Position numbers and translations under genes: made by a program. A stretch of DNA of 64,000 nt, from assembly GCA_965204905.1 (NCBI GenBank), contig OZ242042.1, forward strand, positions 1,282,778-1,346,777. Direction: 5' to 3'. The DNA is from Dehalococcoidia bacterium (lineage in GTDB: Bacteria; Chloroflexota; Dehalococcoidia; Lucifugimonadales; UBA3495). The notes under the pieces were generated by a model that saw nothing but the letters and a program-made list of their open reading frames with translations, searched no databases and was not told where the DNA came from. Of this stretch, positions 60,963 to 64,000 are shown piece by piece. Position 1 is the stretch's first letter. Each line of letters begins with the position of its first letter.

Positions 60963-62789
60963 TTACTGGCAAAACTCCAGGCCAAGCCGATGCAAGTCGT
61001 TCACCACTACCGTCTGTAATCCCGGCGGTACGCACCCCGTCAACTGGTTGCCTCCTAATTGCAGAAGCCACAGTTCCGAGAGGCTGCCCAGCTCTGCCGG
61101 AATCGCTCCGGTCAGCAGGTTGTCATACAGGAACAGCCGCTCTACGTTTGTGAGTTGACCCAGCTCTGCCGGGATCTCCCCGGTCAGAAGGTTTTTCGAA
61201 AGACTCATGAAGGCCAAGTTTGAGAGAGCGCTCAACTCCACCGGTATAGGTCCACTCAGTGCGTTCCTGCTCAGGGCAAGTTGTTCCAGGTTTGAAAGAT
61301 CTCCCAACGTGATAGGTATCACGCCATTCAGGCGGTTCCCATCGAGGTCCAGTCTTTTTAGGTTTGATAAATCGCCGAGCTCCGCCGGGATCGGTCCGTC
61401 CAATTGATTGTAATCCAACTCCAACCGCTCCAGATTGGAAAGATTCCCCAACTCAGAAGGTATCGCGTCGCTCAGCTGATTGCCACCGAGGTACAACTCT
61501 TCTAGGTTCGAAAGGTTGCCCAATTCCGCCGGAATCGCTCCGCTGAACTGGTTGAAACTGGCGTTGAGATACGTCAAACCGTCGAGCATCCCTAGTGCTG
61601 TTGGAATTTCTCCGCTCAATTGGTTGTCATACAGGCGCAACCGTTCCAAGTTGGCAAGATTACCTAACTGAGCAGGAATGGGGCCGCTCAGTTCGTTGCC
61701 AAAAAGACGCATATCCTGCAAGTTAGACAGGTCGCCCAGTTTAGCGGGAATCGGACCGTTCAACTGGTTATTGCCAAGACTCAAGTAGGTCAGACTGGCG
61801 AGGTTGCCTAGCTCTGCCGGGATCGGTCCGCTCAACTGGTTGCTGTATAGATCCAGCGATTCTAAGTTGGCTAGATTGCCCAACTCGATGGGGATCGTCC
61901 CGCTTAACCGGTTGTCATACAGGCTCAACTGTTCCAGGCTAATGAGGTTGCCCAGCTCTGCCGGTATCGGCCCGCTCAGCCGATTATCGTTTAGGCTCAG
62001 GCGGGTCAAGTTGGTGAGATTCCCCAGATCTCCCGGTATCGGCCCTTCTAACCGGTTTCCCCAGAGCCTGAGATTGGTCAAATCCGTCAGGTTGCCCAGT
62101 TCCGATGGTATGGGCCCGCTCAACTGGTTGGAGTTGAGGTCCAGGGAGGTCAAGTTAGCCAAGTCACCTAATGATGCTGGAATTTCACCTTCCAACCGGT
62201 TGCGATACAGGCCAAGCCAAGTTACGCAACCGTCTCTGCTGGCGCCTACCCCAACCCACGTGTCCACCGGGTAGTCGCTCAGCCAGTTGTCTTTCCTCAA
62301 CCAATCGTCTCCGTCAGTGGCGTTGTAAAGTTCCACCAGCACGTCCCGGTCTCCGGCGCACGCCTCGCTGACACCAACCGCAAATGGACCAAACCACGAC
62401 GGCGCCCATTGCGGTTCACTGTAGCGCGTCTCGCTGCTGGCTACTGTGAAATAGTAGGGTTCGCCCACCGTGAGGTTCTTCACCGTATAGGTAGTTTGAC
62501 CTAGATTCTCAACGCTAGCCATTTGCATGGCATCCCGCCAGTCCCGTCCTTCACTGACCACCGCTCGGACATTGTCCGCAGTGGCCCAAGCGATACGATA
62601 AAATCCGGCCTCAGGTACTGCGTTCCAACTAACGATTACCTCGCCAGGGTTGTCGCCGTTTTCCACCGTCGGAGTATCGGGGGCGGCGAGTCCGCCGCCG
62701 TCCTGTGCTGTAACCGACGTCGTGCTTCCGCCGGCGATGGACAACGCGACAACTAGTAAAAGGGCAACCGCTATAGCTGGGTATTTCAT
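60963..62789 (-). CDS. secreted leucine-rich repeat protein (signal peptide + FN3-like domain + about 17 plant-type 24-aa LRRs)
   Basis: 608-aa ORF. MKYPAIAVALLLVVALSIAGG, then repeated LxxLxxLxLxxNxLSGPIPAELGNLxN units (72-bp DNA periodicity). Confidence 0.85.
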   Translation of the reverse strand: MKYPAIAVALLLVVALSIAGGSTTSVTAQDGGGLAAPDTPTVENGDNPGEVIVSWNAVPEAGFYRIAWATADNVRAVVSEGRDWRDAMQMASVENLGQTTYTVKNLTVGEPYYFTVASSETRYSEPQWAPSWFGPFAVGVSEACAGDRDVLVELYNATDGDDWLRKDNWLSDYPVDTWVGVGASRDGCVTWLGLYRNRLEGEIPASLGDLANLTSLDLNSNQLSGPIPSELGNLTDLTNLRLWGNRLEGPIPGDLGNLTNLTRLSLNDNRLSGPIPAELGNLISLEQLSLYDNRLSGTIPIELGNLANLESLDLYSNQLSGPIPAELGNLASLTYLSLGNNQLNGPIPAKLGDLSNLQDMRLFGNELSGPIPAQLGNLANLERLRLYDNQLSGEIPTALGMLDGLTYLNASFNQFSGAIPAELGNLSNLEELYLGGNQLSDAIPSELGNLSNLERLELDYNQLDGPIPAELGDLSNLKRLDLDGNRLNGVIPITLGDLSNLEQLALSRNALSGPIPVELSALSNLAFMSLSKNLLTGEIPAELGQLTNVERLFLYDNLLTGAIPAELGSLSELWLLQLGGNQLTGCVPPGLQTVVVNDLHRLGLEFCQ

Positions 62790-62880
62790 CAGGTCCCTCC
62801 TTGGGTGATGAAATTACACAGTCTCCTTCACATAATTAGCCATAGCCTTTTGTCTATGCACTTGCAACGTTACCGGTGAT

Positions 62881-63840
62881 TCATGCCCGGAAATGGGGCA
62901 CGATGTCCTTGGCGATTACTTCCAGGTGGCGGCGGCGGTCTTCCCGGGGCGCCGCGATGCTGAAGACGATGTACCGCGCGCCGGCGTCGATGTATTCCTG
63001 CAACCGCTCGATGCACATTTTCGGGGTTCCCAGCAGGCAGTATCGCCGCACGATGCTGATGAATTCGCCGCCGTAGAGGTATTGATTTCCGAGGGCTTCC
63101 GCCGCCGTCCGCGCTGCCTGCTCTTCGGTGGGCGCGATGTTGATGTAGGGGAAGAACGCCCACTGGAACTCCGTGAGATCGCGCCCCGACTCGGCGGCGA
63201 ACTCGCCAATTTTGGCCACGCTGTCCCGGTATCGCTCCGGACTGTAAAAGTACGGGAGCCAGCCGTCGCCATAGCGCACGGCCCGTCGCATTGCGGCGTC
63301 CCGGCGGCCGGCCACCCAAACCGGCGGGTGGGGCTTTTGGGCCGGCTTGGGGTTGATGGCGGCTTCATCCAGCGTGTAGTGCCGGCCCCGCATGGTCACC
63401 CCGTCCTCCGTCCACAAGCGGCGCAGCCCGTCCAGGCATTCGTCCGTGCGCCGGCCCCGGCCTCGGGTGTCGATACCGGCGTTCTCGTACTCCATGGGGA
63501 ACTCGCCGCCCACGCCGACCCCCAGCGTCAGCCGTCCGCCGGATGCAATATCCAGCGTCGCCGTCATCCGCGCCAGCATCAGCGGATGATAGAACGGGGC
63601 CAAAACTACCGACGACAGGATACGCATCCGTTCCGTGGCGCCGGCGGCCACTGCCAGCAGAGGCAACGCCGCGTGGGTCGGTCCGGGAGGCCGGCCGCGC
63701 ATGAAATGCTCTCCCGCGCCCATGTACTCAAAGCCCAGGTCTTCCATCAACCTGGCTTGCTCAACCGTGCGGTCTGCTGGGAGCGCCATGCTGGCCCCAA
63801 AATGCAGATCATTGTTATTGACCGATGTATTTGATGGCAT
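62881..63840 (-). CDS. LLM-class (possibly F420-dependent) oxidoreductase
   Basis: 319-aa ORF. EDLGFEYMGAGEHF, SGGRLTLGVGVGGEF, and RYIVFS near the C-terminus. Confidence 0.85.
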   Translation of the reverse strand: MPSNTSVNNNDLHFGASMALPADRTVEQARLMEDLGFEYMGAGEHFMRGRPPGPTHAALPLLAVAAGATERMRILSSVVLAPFYHPLMLARMTATLDIASGGRLTLGVGVGGEFPMEYENAGIDTRGRGRRTDECLDGLRRLWTEDGVTMRGRHYTLDEAAINPKPAQKPHPPVWVAGRRDAAMRRAVRYGDGWLPYFYSPERYRDSVAKIGEFAAESGRDLTEFQWAFFPYINIAPTEEQAARTAAEALGNQYLYGGEFISIVRRYCLLGTPKMCIERLQEYIDAGARYIVFSIAAPREDRRRHLEVIAKDIVPHFRA

Positions 63841-63873
63841 GGTTTCCCTGGTTTCCTCCGGAGGTGTTCGATG

Positions 63874-63959
63874 GTCATTGCGAGGAGCGAAAGCGACGCG
63901 GCAATCTCGTCAGGTCGATGCAGTACGCAACGAGATTGCTACGCTGCGCCCGCAATGAC
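63874..63959. repeat. 86-nt nested long hairpin element (GTCATTGCG...GCAATCTCGT-loop-ACGAGATTGC...CGCAATGAC)
   Basis: Outer 9-bp stem 63874-63882 / 63951-63959. Inner perfect 10-bp stem 63901-63910 / 63930-63939. Only one copy occurs in the window. Confidence 0.6.
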
Positions 63960-64000
63960 AGCAGGATAATATGAACGCTACTATATCACCCGGCAAATCC

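Noticed and set aside
60178-61153. Plus-strand ORFs 60178..60570 and 60224..61153
   Set aside because: Antisense to the clearly recognisable toxin-antitoxin pair and to the 3' end of the LRR gene.
60963-62789. Possible CRISPR-like periodic repeats (72-bp period here, 102-bp period at 1-967)
   Set aside because: The periodicity comes from protein repeats (LRR and TPR) in open reading frames. There are no unique spacers between identical short repeats and no cas genes.

Overview
High-GC (about 60%), densely coding bacterial chromosome segment with no rRNA, tRNA, CRISPR array, transposase or integrase. The gene content points to Chloroflexota, probably SAR202/Dehalococcoidia-like. This is an inference from a 1595-aa DUF2298 'Chlor_Arch_YYY' membrane protein, four luciferase-like (LLM) flavin oxidoreductases plus ACAD-fold, crotonase and flavin-reductase genes, an 11-subunit nuo operon lacking nuoEFG, and many small palindromic repeats. 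Housekeeping genes recognised: ispG, nuoABCDHIJKLMN, eno, gap, speD-speE, rplI-dnaB-dnaD-like-dnaC-like, fabF, recJ, lgt, ispE, rsmA, xdhC-like and mocA-like. Main findings: (1) Two genes are split or truncated in the ORF track by an in-frame TGA that sits exactly at a redox-motif cysteine position. One is a UGSC-family protein (TGA 43036-43038) and one is a peroxiredoxin-like W-U-P-Y-C protein (TGA 12542-12544). Each has a hairpin just downstream, so both are probable selenoproteins. (2) The UGSC gene is the last gene of a compact three-gene cassette whose first gene (about 333 aa) I cannot assign; this is the best candidate for an uncharacterised system. (3) The nuo operon carries four tightly packed non-nuo cistrons: two HicB-like, one Uma2 nuclease-fold, and one Cys-rich basic protein. 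(4) At least six families of short structured repeats are present. One copy is inserted in frame inside the giant DUF2298 gene and another supplies the C-terminal codons and stop of the DnaC-like gene. (5) Other items: a duplicated-AAA+ DnaC-like loader, a CinA/PncC-NadD fusion, a B12-radical SAM enzyme with an amphipathic C-terminal tail abutting fabF, one decayed and one intact RelE-type toxin-antitoxin pair, and several gene-free stretches bounded by promoter-like or terminator signals. All calls come from reading the sequence and recalling protein families. No database search was run.
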